Below are positions 13,545 through 25,400 of a DNA stretch of 64,000 bases, in pieces. The position numbers were made by a program, and so were the translations under genes. Numbering within the stretch: position 1 is the stretch's first letter; each line of letters begins with the position of its first letter. This stretch comes from Vicugna vicugna. Taxonomy: Eukaryota. The notes beneath the pieces were generated by a model, which ran no database searches, had not been told where the DNA came from, and saw only the letters and a list, made by a program, of their open reading frames with translations. The DNA lies in the NCBI GenBank assembly GCA_013265495.1, contig MU058384.1:743622-807621 (forward strand), in the 5' to 3' direction.

Positions 13545-13699
13545 CAGACTTAAAGATTTTTTTAAATATATATAATTTTTAGCAATATCTGGTGTATATA
13601 TATATGTGATCTACAAAATGGCAGCTGATATAATTTGTGTTTTATTTTGGTGAATTAGGATGCAATGGTAAGTAAGTTGTAAAACAGGAAAATCAGTAG

Positions 13700-14220
13700 G
13701 TTTATCAGTTATCTTTCGGTGCATAAGAAAACAATTGGAAACTTAGTGGCCTCATATGGTTTTGTGGTTCAACTATTTGAGCTAGACTCAGCTGGATGGC
13801 TCATCAAATCTCAACCAGGCTTAGTTGATCTCAGCTAGATTTATTTTGAATTTGCAGTGAGCTGTTGGGTTTTCTGAAGCTGGGAAGTTTATGATAGCTT
13901 TGTCAGGAATGGATGGGATGAATAGGGTCTTTCTCCATCTGGTCTCCATGTAGTCCTTCAGCAGATGAGGCCAGGCTTGTCCATGTGGCTATCAAAGGGC
14001 TCCAAGAATAGCAAGAAAACAATCCCAATGTGCAAGTGCTTTTCAGTCTCCCCTGGTGTCACATTCGCTAATGTTCTATTGGTCAAAGTATGCATCATGA
14101 AAAACCCAGAATCAAGGGGTGGAGAAATAGATTCCATATCATGGGAGGATCTCTAATGCCCCAATGTATATGTGAAGACAAGAATGGGAAGATTTGGTAT
14201 AATTTGAATGCTCTATTACA
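13700..14220 (-). mobile_element. Older MaLR solo LTR (MLT1H/I/J-like)
   Basis: 'tatcagttatct...aaacttagtggc', 'gctagactcagctggatggctc', 'gctaatgttctattggtcaaag', 'gaatcaaggggtggagaaatagattcca'. Confidence 0.7.
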
Positions 14221-14921
14221 AAGCCCCTGACCAGTAGTTATGAGGATATTTACATGATGCCTGTGGTCATCAGTCAAGCAAGATGCCTGACCAAACTGTG
14301 CTGTGATCAGATCATACATAGATTTTACATCAACACCACTGTATTCTTCAGTTATTTGGAACAGAAAGACTACTGTGCTGCTGCTTCAGAGTGTTTTCTG
14401 ATGGTTTTTCAAAGAAAGACACTATTTCTCTTCCTAACCTCTGACCTCCTGCTTCCCATTGTCAGGATAAGAATAGGCACAGAAAATAGATGGGACAATA
14501 TAATGGTTTTGAAATCATCAACTGTAATAATGTTAAATTGCTAAGAACCTAACCCTAGGAAACCAAAATCTATACACAAAGTTCTACTAATTTAAGGATA
14601 CCGTTTTTTCAGTTTTCTATTTGTGGCTGCGATCATCACATTTTTCTTTTTATTCCATACTCCTTTCATAGTCAGTGTCACATGCTGCCTCAGAGGAGAG
14701 TCAAATTCTGGAATGAGAGAAAGAGTTACATCTTTATTTTTCACTTTGAAAATGTTTCCTGTGGTTAGCACTCAGAGGATTTAGAAAAATGTGATGAGCC
14801 AGAGCAGATTCTTTCTTCCCCTTGGATTAGAAATAGCTCTCCAAGTTCTGGAAGTTTTCAGTAGAACCTTCATTTGTGCTTAGAATCTGAAAACCGAGGG
14901 CCCCTATGTTAAAATACACTC

Positions 14922-14938
14922 AGGTCAAGTCCGGGTCA
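14922..14938 (+). promoter_or_regulatory. Consensus DR5 nuclear-receptor element (RARE-type), function untested
   Basis: AGGTCA-agtcc-GGGTCA: two perfect RGKTCA half-sites separated by 5 nt, in non-repeat sequence. Confidence 0.35.
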
Positions 14939-15304
14939 TGGATAAGTAGAGTCGCCCTGTGCCCTGTGTGGGGGTAGCAGAGTACATTTTCGTGTTCAGT
15001 GTGTAGGCAAATGGAACACCTCTTCGGAGTTTCAGTTTGCTTCTGATCGAGGGTTACACACAAATGGGGCATTGGCTATTAGAGGAAGATAAAAGTATGG
15101 AGGCTGTGTGGTTGTTACGGAGCAGCAGCAAAACACCATCCCACAGTCTTTGAAAATCGAGGTCCAGAGCAGAAAGGCGGTGTGCAGATGCAGCTTGGGC
15201 AAATGAAGATTAAGGAGCAGAATCCCCCATCAGAATTGTGAAGCAAAGAGCAGAAATGTCCTAGTCTTAAATGAGAAGTTATACTGCTGACACCACAGAC
15301 ATTT

Positions 15305-15915
15305 TTTAAAATGCTAATTATGGAAGTGAAATTCACAAGCTGTAGAATTTACCATTTTAACATGCACAATTCAGTGGCATTTAGATCATTCACACTGTGC
15401 AATCACCATTTATATCTAGTTTCAAGACATTTCCGTCACTGCAAAGTAAAATCTCATATCCATTAATCAGTATCTCCCCATTCCCTCTTCTCTCCCTCTC
15501 CATCCTGTCCCTGACAACCCCTGATCCGTGTTCTGTCTCTAAGAATTTGTCTATTCTGGATATTTCATATAAATGGAATCGTAAAGTATGTGACCCTTCA
15601 TGTTTGGCTTTTGTTGCTCAGCTGTTTGGGAGGTTCCTCCATGTTGTAGCGTGTGTCAGTACTTCCACTTTATGGCTGAAGAATATTTCACTATGTGTCT
15701 ACCCATTCATCTATTGATGAACATTTGGGCTGTTTCTGCCATTTGACTATTGTAAACAGAGCTACTACAAACATATGTTTAAGTGCCTGTTTTCAATTCT
15801 TTTGTGTGTATGCTTAGAGGTAGAATTTCAGAGTCATTCAGTAACCCTAACTTTTTGAAGAACCACCAAACTCTTTTCCACAGTGTTTCAACCATTATGT
15901 ATTCCCACCAGATTT
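15305..15915 (-). mobile_element. L1MB-like 3' end
   Basis: 'ccattttaacatgcacaattcagtggcatttag', 'gaatttgtctattctggatatttcatataaatggaatc', 'gaagaaccaccaaactcttttccacagtg...attcccaccag'. Confidence 0.88.
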
Positions 15916-16984
15916 TTTTTAACAGATGAAAGACTTTAAGAAAGTTATCGAAAGATTTGTGTCACTAAATATAAAAGAGTATTAAAAGCTAACGATAAAT
16001 GAAGTTCATGATCACTATCGCAACTATGACTCATAGAACATAGATTTAAGTTGCACAATTTAAACACACCCATATTATATCTGTCTATCATCTATCATCC
16101 ATTTATCTGTCTACCTACACATACTATTTTTAAAGCTATAATAATGAGAAATTTGCTTCAATACATAAAATAAAATCTACATTACTAAAAACCTGTCATA
16201 ATATAATAATACAGATAAAATTTCTAGAATTGACTAAAAGGAAGGCATATTAAATGGCTGATACTTTTTTTTTTTGTCAAATCTTTTAGGCAAATTGGTA
16301 GAAAATGCTCTTTTAATCTCAACAAAGATTCTTGAACAGCTCAGATTCCATGGAAACACTCCATATAATTTTCTAAGAATTCTAAAAAATGTGGATTTAT
16401 GCTACATATGTATAAATGTCATCATTTAGTGTAAATAGGTTTTCCAAATAACATCGTCCCAACAGTTCACTTTTTATTTAAAAAATAATTTTTAGTAAAC
16501 TACTAAGTGCAACTTTTAAAAGAAGCATTGATAAGCACATTTTTTCTAGTGTATACAGACTCATAATGAAATTTCATTCTTACTCATAATCTGATGTCTG
16601 CTCATTTTTTTCTTTAAGTGGCATTATAAAATGTTTTCCAAATATAAGACTGTTTACTGAGCTAATAAAGTAATTAGTCTGATTAAACTGATGGTCAACT
16701 CAGGCAAACAAATTCTGTCAACACAATCTGTGTGTTAACACAGGGGATATTTATAATTTAAAACAAATGTGTTCCAATATAATTTATGTAGATAGAGCTC
16801 TGGCCAACCACAGAGAACTAAACAACTTTTTGGAACACACTTAGAAACCAATTAAAAGATAAATTTGACAATGATTAAAGAAAATTAATCATGGATAAGC
16901 ATCAGATTCACGTACAATAATTTCTTTTACAAAAGGTGTGCTGTTTGACCTGAATCTGAAAACAGAAATGACAAAGGAAACAGA

Positions 16985-17493
16985 CATGGTAGGCAGAATA
17001 ATGGCCCACCCAAGTTGTCCACATCCTAATACCTGACTCCGAACTCTCTCTAAACCTGTGACTATGTTACCTTGTGTGACAAAAGGGACTTTGCAGATGT
17101 GGTCACTTTAAGGATCTTAATTAACCTGGAACATCTGGATAGACCTGGTCTAGTTACCAGGTCCTTGAGGGGTCCTTGATGGTTGAAAAGGGAGGGAGAA
17201 GAAGAGTCAGAATGATGCAATGTGAGAACTTGACCTACCATTCTGGCTTTGACAGTAGAGAAGGGGCCACAAGCCAAGGAATGTGAATGGCCTCTTGAAG
17301 CTGAAAAAGTCAAAGAAAAAGAGACTCCCCTAGAAGCTCTAGAAAGGGAAGGGGCAACGTTGATACCTTGGTTTTCGCCTAGTGAAACCTATGTCAAACT
17401 TGTGACCTACAGAACTGTAAGATAATAAATTTCTATTGCTTAAGCCACTTAATTTGTAGTAATTTGTTACACTTGCAGTAGAAAACTAATACA
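16985..17493 (+). mobile_element. MaLR solo LTR (MLT1D-like)
   Basis: 'tggtaggcagaataatggccc...tccacatcctaatacctg', 'aaaagggactttgcagatgtgg', 'gacctacagaactgtaagataataaattt...gaaaactaataca'. TSD acaga/ccaga. Confidence 0.92.
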
Positions 17494-17649
17494 CCAGAAA
17501 TGCGTGACAGTAACTCATGGGTATAAATTCTAAGTTATGTCTCCTTTGAGGCGTTGTATTCATTACTCAGCTGCTTTATTTTCATTATGACACCAGCACA
17601 AAAATAATGGCATTCATGCATCCAAGATTAAACGCTTTTTAAAAAATTA

Positions 17650-18910
17650 CCAAAATAGGAAAACCAGAGAAACCTCTGTTATAAACAAAAAATGTTCATA
17701 AGTACAATAATGTATGCAAAATGGTATCTACAGTTTTGTGCTAAAGTTGAAAACATCAATGAAATTAATGGTTTTCTAAATACATAATTTTACGCACTGC
17801 ACAGAGAAGTCAATGAATCAATAAATAAGAATAACATTGAAGAGCTCATAAAAACATTCATTAATTGTCACTGATGAATTATTTCATTTCTTACAGAACA
17901 AATTAATTGATATTTTATAAATTGTTCTATGTCATAAGAGATAAGAAGCTACATAAATCATAATTTGAAAAAAATAGATGCACAATCCAGAATAATTAGC
18001 AGAGAAATAGAAGTATGATTTAATAATTGTTAGTAATTTTCAAAAAGAGGTGTAAAGGCATTCAATATAAGGTACCGAGTAAGAAGTTTTCTATATAAGT
18101 AAGTTAAATAAAAACATTTTATCCTCAAGTGGTTTGAACAACTTTATTTGATTAAAAAAAGTCAACACAAATTTCTATTCAAAAATATTGAGTAAAAGTA
18201 ACAAAGGGCATTTCCTTTAACAAATAAATTTATTTTCAGCAAAGGAAATTATAGTACGTGATGAAACATCAATAGAATACCTATTAAAGTTAGCAGGAAA
18301 TCTGTCATAAGCATTATTTTAAGACTGTTTTTGAAACTTAGGCTTCATGCAGTTAGAACGACACAGAAATAAGAGAGCTAGAATAGAGAAAGATTAAAAA
18401 GCCACTATTTTATACAATATGTGTACACACAAAAATCCCAAGGAAATAAATTGAAAAACTTTTCATAAAAAGCTTCCAGTACAGTTTTGTACAATAGGGC
18501 ACCTACACAAAAATCTGTAGATTTGCTGACGTAGAAAATAAGTTGATAACATTTCCATATCACAAGAACAACAATAATTATAATTGTTAAATTGTTACTT
18601 ATAGGAAAAGGAATATATATTACATATAAGCACAAAATTTAAAAAATTTAAGCAGAAAGCTATGTCATGATTCTTCCTACAAAGGTAAAATAGTGTAAGA
18701 TTCAATTACTCTGTTGAACTCTTAGATTAATTCAATCCTAATAATTAGCTGTTGGAGATTCTCTTGCTACTCAGTAATACGGTTCTTAATATTTAATCAT
18801 TTTTCTTGACAAGAGCAACAGAGAGATATCAAAGAATAATGAGATCGTTTTATAGACTGTTATAGATAAACCTCATTTGCATTCTCACTATATTGAAGGA
18901 CACAGATCAA
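17650..18910 (+). mobile_element. Heavily decayed old L1 ORF2
   Basis: A-rich sense L1 phrases: 'gaaacatcaatagaatacctattaaagttagcagg', 'cacctacacaaaaatctgtagatttgct', 'agattaattcaatcctaata'. Confidence 0.55.
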
Positions 18911-18996
18911 GGCCCTCACCTCCATGACACCCTATTTTTGGTTAGAACTGAAATATTAAGCCTTCTGATTTAAAACTGGATGTTCGGCAAGCTACA

Positions 18997-19377
18997 TGTT
19001 ATTGACTGAATGTTGGTCCCCTCCCAAGTTCATATGTCGACATTTTAACCCTCACTGAAGTGAAATTTGGGGTCGGGACCTTTGGGAGGTAATTAAGTTT
19101 AGATAAAGGTCATAAGGGTGGGGACCCCGATATGGGAGAAGTGCCCTTACAGGAAGAACAAGAGACAGGTGCGCTCTCTTTCTGTGAGGCCACATCAGGA
19201 AAGGCCATGAGAACATCCAGTGGAAAGGCAGCTGTCTACAAGTCAGGCTGTGGGCCCTCACGAGGCACTGAGTCTGCCAGCACCTTGATCTCTGACTTCA
19301 GATCTGTGAGAAATAAATTTCCATTGTTTAAGTCATTCAGTCTTAAACAGATATAGTGGCCCAAGCAGAATAAGACA
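18997..19377 (+). mobile_element. MaLR solo LTR (MLT1A-like)
   Basis: TG...CA termini ('tgttattgactgaatgtt' ... 'taagaca'), internal 'ggacctttgggaggtaattaagtttagataaaggtcat' and 'tctgccagcaccttgatct'. Perfect 5-bp TSD ctaca (18992-18996 / 19378-19382). Confidence 0.93.
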
Positions 19378-20112
19378 CTACAATTTAGAAAATCTCCTTC
19401 TTAGAACCTCATGCGGGAGATATGTTCCTAGCCTCTTCCCAGCTCAGAGTCGTCTCTATAGGTCAGCCCTTTTAGTTAGTAAACGATTTTATCAGTTTGT
19501 TGACATTTTCTTAAACAATAGAATACGGCAAGAATCTGACCTCCACGGCATACTCCTCTCTGAGACCTGGACTCTCCCTCTGTCCCGCTCAGGTGGTGTC
19601 ATGTTTTATTTCAGATGCTAGATTACAATTCCATGAGGTCCTCTGAGATCATTTTGATAGATCATAGGAACTGTAGTTGTCCAAAGCTTTTTGTAAGAAA
19701 AGAATGAGAAAAATTCTCTGCTGCTTCAATAAAAGCACAATTCATCTAATGCAGTATGAATAGCCCAGTCTTCTGACTGAAAGAAACCTGAGGGTTCAGA
19801 GTTAGTAAAAAAAATTAAAAAAGTAACTTCTCCTTTTCATCTCTCAGACTATCAGGGAACATCATGGACTGAAAGTCAGACCTCAATCTCTACTAAAAAT
19901 CATATTTGCATTTTAGCTAAAGCTCTCTGATGGGAGCATATAAAAAATTCACAAGTTTAAACTAAGAAAATGTTACTGTTTTCAATAATATTCCATCATA
20001 ACTGAAACTCACTTAATAATTGAAAAAATAAATCATAGAGTAAATAATTTAAAGTTAATATTAATAAAAGTTTGTTTTGTAGAGGTTTTTGTGTTTAGAA
20101 TGTTCTTTAAAC

Positions 20113-20333
20113 CAGGATGGCAAACTAGCACCCACAGGCCAAGCCTAGTGCACTGCTTGTCTTTATAAAGATTTACTGGTATACCAGCTCCAGAATTTGT
20201 TGTGTACTGTTGTCTATGGCTGCCTTCATGATGCAACAGCGAATTGCTAACTTGCTACAGAGACTCCGTGGCTGGTAAAGCCAAAAATATTTACTGACAG
20301 GCCCTTTGTAGAAAACAAGTATTCTGACTCCTG
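20113..20333 (+). mobile_element. MER58A (hAT-Charlie non-autonomous DNA transposon)
   Basis: Termini 'caggatggcaaact' ... 'tctgactcctg'. Internal 'ttgtctatggctgcctt' and 'aaagccaaaaatatttactgacaggccctttgtagaaaa' match the MER58A consensus as I recall it. Length about 220 bp. Confidence 0.88.
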
Positions 20334-21452
20334 ATCGAAACAATATCTGATATTGAAGTGTGTGATTTTAGAAAAGGTAGTGAAATTGCTTTCATATATT
20401 TATTTAAAATGAAATACAATAGAGCAGATGAGCACACTGTATACTTGTCAAGTATTTGATAAAACCATCTTACGTTTCTCCTGCTTTTGGTTGTCATTAA
20501 ACATGCAGCATAGAGAAACTGCATCAAAGGCCTGTTGCTGTTTAGTTAATGTATTTCAGACATGTATTAGGTGACAAAATAGCTTTACTTAATTATGGCA
20601 TTTCTTTTCTAAATTAATTGGAAAGAAAAATTCTTTACTGTTAATCTTTCAAGTATGAATATAAATGATTGATATTTAAAAATTATTAAGTCTTTATAAT
20701 TTCTTTACATTATAAATGAGATGGATGAGGATAAATGCTGATTTTAAAGAGTACAGTTGTGGGGCACTAATGAAACCAAGAGCAGTTGAGTAGTCCTAGA
20801 AGATTTTAGTTTAAAACCCACAATAAGGACAGGGATATCGTTTTCGTATGTGTTGTTCTTTTTACTTATTGCTTAGAATATTTACATAAAATAAGTGTTT
20901 TATTTCTTAGTTCATCTGCTTCTACTGAAGTCATGTTCGAATGATTATGATACCCCAACTGGTTACTCTGGAAATTATAATGATATTAGAAACTGATCAT
21001 GACTTCCGAATGAGATGAGCTGCAGGATACGACTAACTACATAAACCATGAAAAGAATGTGTTTACAGGCAAAGTCTTGAGTATTATTAAAGAACAAAGG
21101 AAAGCGGAAATAAGGAAAAGGGAAGATACAAATAAAATTAATGAGCAATTATATTCTGCCTACCGAAAGTCCCCCTGCAGTTTCAATCAATGTCTCTGCT
21201 TCTGCTTTCTGTTCTAAATAATTGTGCTAGTTCTGGTAAATATATCCAGCATAATCCAAAACAGCTGTGACTGCTTTCCTGTGATTAATTAATTAATTCT
21301 TAACTCCTTTGCTGTTTGTTTACTATTCCATGGTATTTTAAAAACACTCTACATTAGTTTTTATTTCTGTTTCAATCTTGCAACACTTGAATGATTTCAA
21401 CAGATAATTCGGACTCTAGACTCTTTAAGAGTCCCAAGCAAGTAAGGAGTCA

Positions 21453-22258
21453 CTTTTTTTTAATGAAAGTATAATTGATTTACAATATTGTATCAATTTC
21501 TGGTACAGAGCATAGTGATTCAGTCATATATATGTTATTTTTCATATTATTTTTATTATAGGTTATTACAGGATATTGAAAATAGTTTCTTGTGCTACAC
21601 AGTAGGACCTTATTGTTTATTTATTTAATATATAGCAGTTTGTATCTGCTAATACCAGACTCCTAATTTATCCCTCCCTACGACCATTCCCCTTTGGTAG
21701 CCATAAGTTTGTTTTCTATGTCTTGAGTCTGTTTCTGTTTTGTAAGCAGGTTCATTTGTTTCATTTTTTAGATTCCATGTATTAGTGATATGTGATATTT
21801 GTCTTTCTTCACATAGTATGACAATCTCTAGGTCCATCCATGCTGCTGCAAATGGCATTATTTCATTCTTTTTAATGGCTGAGTAGCATTCTCTCTCTCT
21901 CTCTCCCCCCCCTCTAATGTCCATGGATATTTAAGTTGCTTCCAAGTTTAGGCTATTATAAATAGTGCTGCTATGAAAACTGGGGTACAGGTATCTTTCT
22001 GAATTGGAGTTTTCTTAGGATATATGTCCAGAAGTGAGATTGCTGGATTATAAATTAACTCTATTTTTAGTTTTTTAAGAAAACTCCATGATGATTTTCA
22101 TAATGGCTGCACCAAATTACATTCCTACCAGCAGTATAGGAGGATTCCCTTTTCTCCATACCCTCTGAGCATTTATTATTTGTGGACTTCTTAGTGATGG
22201 GCATTCTGACCAGTGTGAGGTGATACCTCATTGTAGTTTTGGTTTGCATTTCTATAAT
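21453..22258 (-). mobile_element. Young-ish L1, 5'-truncated: 3'UTR plus ORF2 C-terminus
   Basis: Poly-T tail at 21454-21461. The ORF track gives ORF2p C-terminal motifs '[24 protein letters not shown]' and 'YSAIKKNEIMPFAAAWMDLEIVIL', interrupted by frameshifts. Confidence 0.95.
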
Positions 22259-22294
22259 TTTCGAACAAACACTCCAGAAGGGGAGGAGCTCTGT

Positions 22295-22495
22295 GTAGAG
22301 GATCTGCCCATAAGGAACCATGCACTGTGTAATCTTAGGCAGGTCTCTAAACCTGAGAACTACTCTACAAAACAGGCACACAGATATCATCTACCCCATG
22401 GAATTGTTGGGGGATTAAATGAGATATAGATATAAAGTGGTTAGGACCATGTCCAGCATGTGAGGAATACTCAGCACATGTTAGTTATTTTAGTA
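22295..22495 (+). mobile_element. MIR
   Basis: 'ctgtgtaatcttaggcaggtctctaaacct...ctaccccatggaattgttgggggattaaatgagata...tactcagcacatgttagttatt' (MIR core and tail). Confidence 0.75.
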
Positions 22496-25400
22496 TTAAA
22501 CTTGGAAGCTCTGTGCTTATTCAAACAATGAGCGACTACTAACGTATTTGGGTAACTCTTTCTTTAGATTATTTAAACAAATAGAAAAGGCTGTCCAGTT
22601 ATAATTACAAGTTATTGTTTAAAAGTACCAAAGAGAATTGTGTTCCTTTAGACCCCACTTTTCTCTGCAGTGTTGATGCTGAGTTGCTATTGGCTGTTGC
22701 CAGAAGTCAAATCCACGTTGGACAGTAACTGCTAGGTATAAACACTAGAATCCTCACAGTGGACCTTCTTTCAAGGCAGTGATGAGGTAACATCTGCAAA
22801 TAAAGCAGACACAATGAGTGGCCCAGAGAGGTGCTGAGAAGAGAACTGGCCGTCAGTTGATGTGTACCCAGGAGCCTCTTGGTTATAAATGGGTGAACCT
22901 CTGAGAGAGAACCTTGTATTATGTAGGTCTCCACAGAAAGGAGCCCTTGGAAAACGATTCACGAAAATGAATCTCACTCTATTTGCACTCCCAAACTGAT
23001 TAATCCAGAAAATATGAAATATATTAATAAAATATTCTTAACTGAAACTGACCTGCATTAAACTTGTACCACCTATAAATGGACTTAAGGCATGACCCCT
23101 TCATGAGTGTTACCTACCTTCAAAGTTATGACCGTCAGATTCATAGTCTCTACAACAACTACCAGCTATTATCTAAAAACAAATTTAGCTATGCCATGTC
23201 CAAACTCAAAATCTTTGTTGATTTCACATATAGGATACAGCTCTAGCTTGGTAGTTTCCATACAAGGTTCTGTTCATCCTGGCCCTGCCTTCCTGTCCAG
23301 CCTCATTTTCATCCCTGCCCCCACCCCCCATACCCCTGAGCTGGAAGGCTCTTGCTCTGAGAATCCTACAGCATGAAACACTGAACTGAATTTATCTGGT
23401 ATGTCCTGGGTTATGCCAGATTTATTTTTGTTTCAAAGCAGACAGTTTGTGTCCTTATTAGATTATATTCAATAAACATTTATTCAATAAGTGTATTTCA
23501 GTTTTTTATTATTCTCATAGTCAGAATGTATTTTCTAATGATTTGTCTACATCTTCTTTTAAAAATTCAAATACTTTTCCTGCAACCTGCCCCTTAAGGA
23601 AATGTAGATTAAATTGAGAGTCATTGCATACATAGTTTCATATACTGAGAGTTGTTGCAGAGCGAGAACTTTTTTTTCCTTTTTTAAACGATTCAGAGCA
23701 TCTGTTATAGAAATTTACATATTAATAGTTGTTCAATAAATGTTTGAATAGTGAGAGTGGGTAGAGATTCCCTTTAGACTGTTTTTCTGGGGTAATGTAA
23801 ACAAGACTTAGGTATTGATATTCTTGTCCGTTAAAATGGATAGTAATCATCACTTTGTAAGAAAATGTGAAAACCACAAAATAAATTGAAAAAATATTCA
23901 CGCATATCCCAGTGTGTCAAAACATGACTACTATATGCTAATGTGGGAAGCTTGATAAATATTTTGATTTATTCTCTTAAGAGAGTGGGCATCCTTGAGT
24001 TATTATTTCTTAGAGAACAATAGTAAAGTGGGCAGCTGCTACTTATATAGGATACACATAACAGCTTTCCCACAACTATGATACAAACTCCTACATAATT
24101 AGATTTTTGGATGAGGTGACAATTACTCCCAAGTTTTCTGTCAGCTATCCTCTAAGGCGTTATTCAAATGTAACAACTGTTGCAATAAGTGTCAGCCAAT
24201 CAGAGCACACACCTACCCATTCAGAACAGACACCAGCTGTAAACAACCAGCACAGCCATGTGGACTGAAGCAGCCCTGGCTATGCTGGAATTCTCATTAA
24301 GGGGAGAAACCATTTGCCTTTAGAACACTAGGCCAGGGCTTCAAAATATGCCTTACTAAACATAAAAGAAAGAAAATTCACCCTGGACTTTCTTTTCTTA
24401 TTTTCTTTTCTCTTGAAGCACAATAATCTGTGAAGAGCCATTCTCATTTGTAGATATTATAAAACAGAAGTTGAACCGAGACTGGAAAAGTTGCTAGACG
24501 TGCTACTTTTTGAGCATGTAAAATTTCAATAGTGCATGTAAAAGTCATACGTGTAAAATTGTTCATGGCCTTCTACAGAATATGGTCATTTGGCTAATGA
24601 ATTTCAGTTAAAGAACAATAATGCCTTTTGGGAGAAAATTTACCGTCATACTATTATCATTTCCCTCTTTTACCCCAAACTGTTCCTATAAGAGGAAATA
24701 ATGCATGGGAAGAAGTTCACACAGTTTTTTAAAAAGCGTAGTAAGTACTCTAAAACTTCCATTACTGCTATTATTAATTTTGTGTTCTTGTTGTTTACAC
24801 CAAAGGGACCAAAGGGCAAGCTCGAGATGAAATTGTGCAGTAGGGTCATGGGTTTCACGACACTCATCCTTCACCCTTCCCTGGCCTGTGTACTTCTGCC
24901 CCTCAACCAACCCATCACCACCCACATCTGGGTAATAGTTCACATTCCTGATGCCACCCTTTTCTCCCTTCTCCATGTGCTAATCATATCTATCTATCCT
25001 TTTTTCCAGGCTCTGCTCACAACTGAAAAGATAATTTGAAATTCTTTTAATGGACAATACTGATTGACTGCATTCCTATTCTCCTTTGCCCCAACAGGCT
25101 CATATTTCCACAAGGATCTTATAGAAATATACTGGGGACCTTATTTCAAAGAAACCTTGGTAATTTCTGATAGGGTGGCTGAAATAGAAATAAATATTCA
25201 GACATTCATCCATCCCAGGGTATAGAAGGACCACTTAACGCCTTCTTTTTCTGTAAAGAGGAAATGGACTTCTAGTTTATTATACCTTCATATGCATACG
25301 ATATTTATTCGGTTGTAACTCCTATTAATGGTGACACAGAATCTCAGGTCAGGACCAAGCCAGCTTATTTTGAATATTTCCATTGTATTTTCATAAGAGG

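Noticed and set aside
16726..16740. Right arm of an imperfect hairpin tgtcaacaca-N5-tgtgttaaca
   Set aside because: A stem of about 10 bp with a mismatch is too short for a pre-miRNA or MITE and is expected by chance.
21164..21213. 50-nt minus-strand exon candidate (EQKAEAETLIETAGGLS) and a near NF-kB word GGGACTTTCG
   Set aside because: The acceptor lacks a polypyrimidine tract, the donor TCG|GTAGGC is modest, and the NF-kB motif mismatches at a key terminal C.
22671..22786. Plus-strand exon candidate (ttttctctgcAG ... GAG|GTAACA)
   Set aside because: There are stops in all three frames and no partner exon nearby. It cannot be separated from a pseudo-exon.
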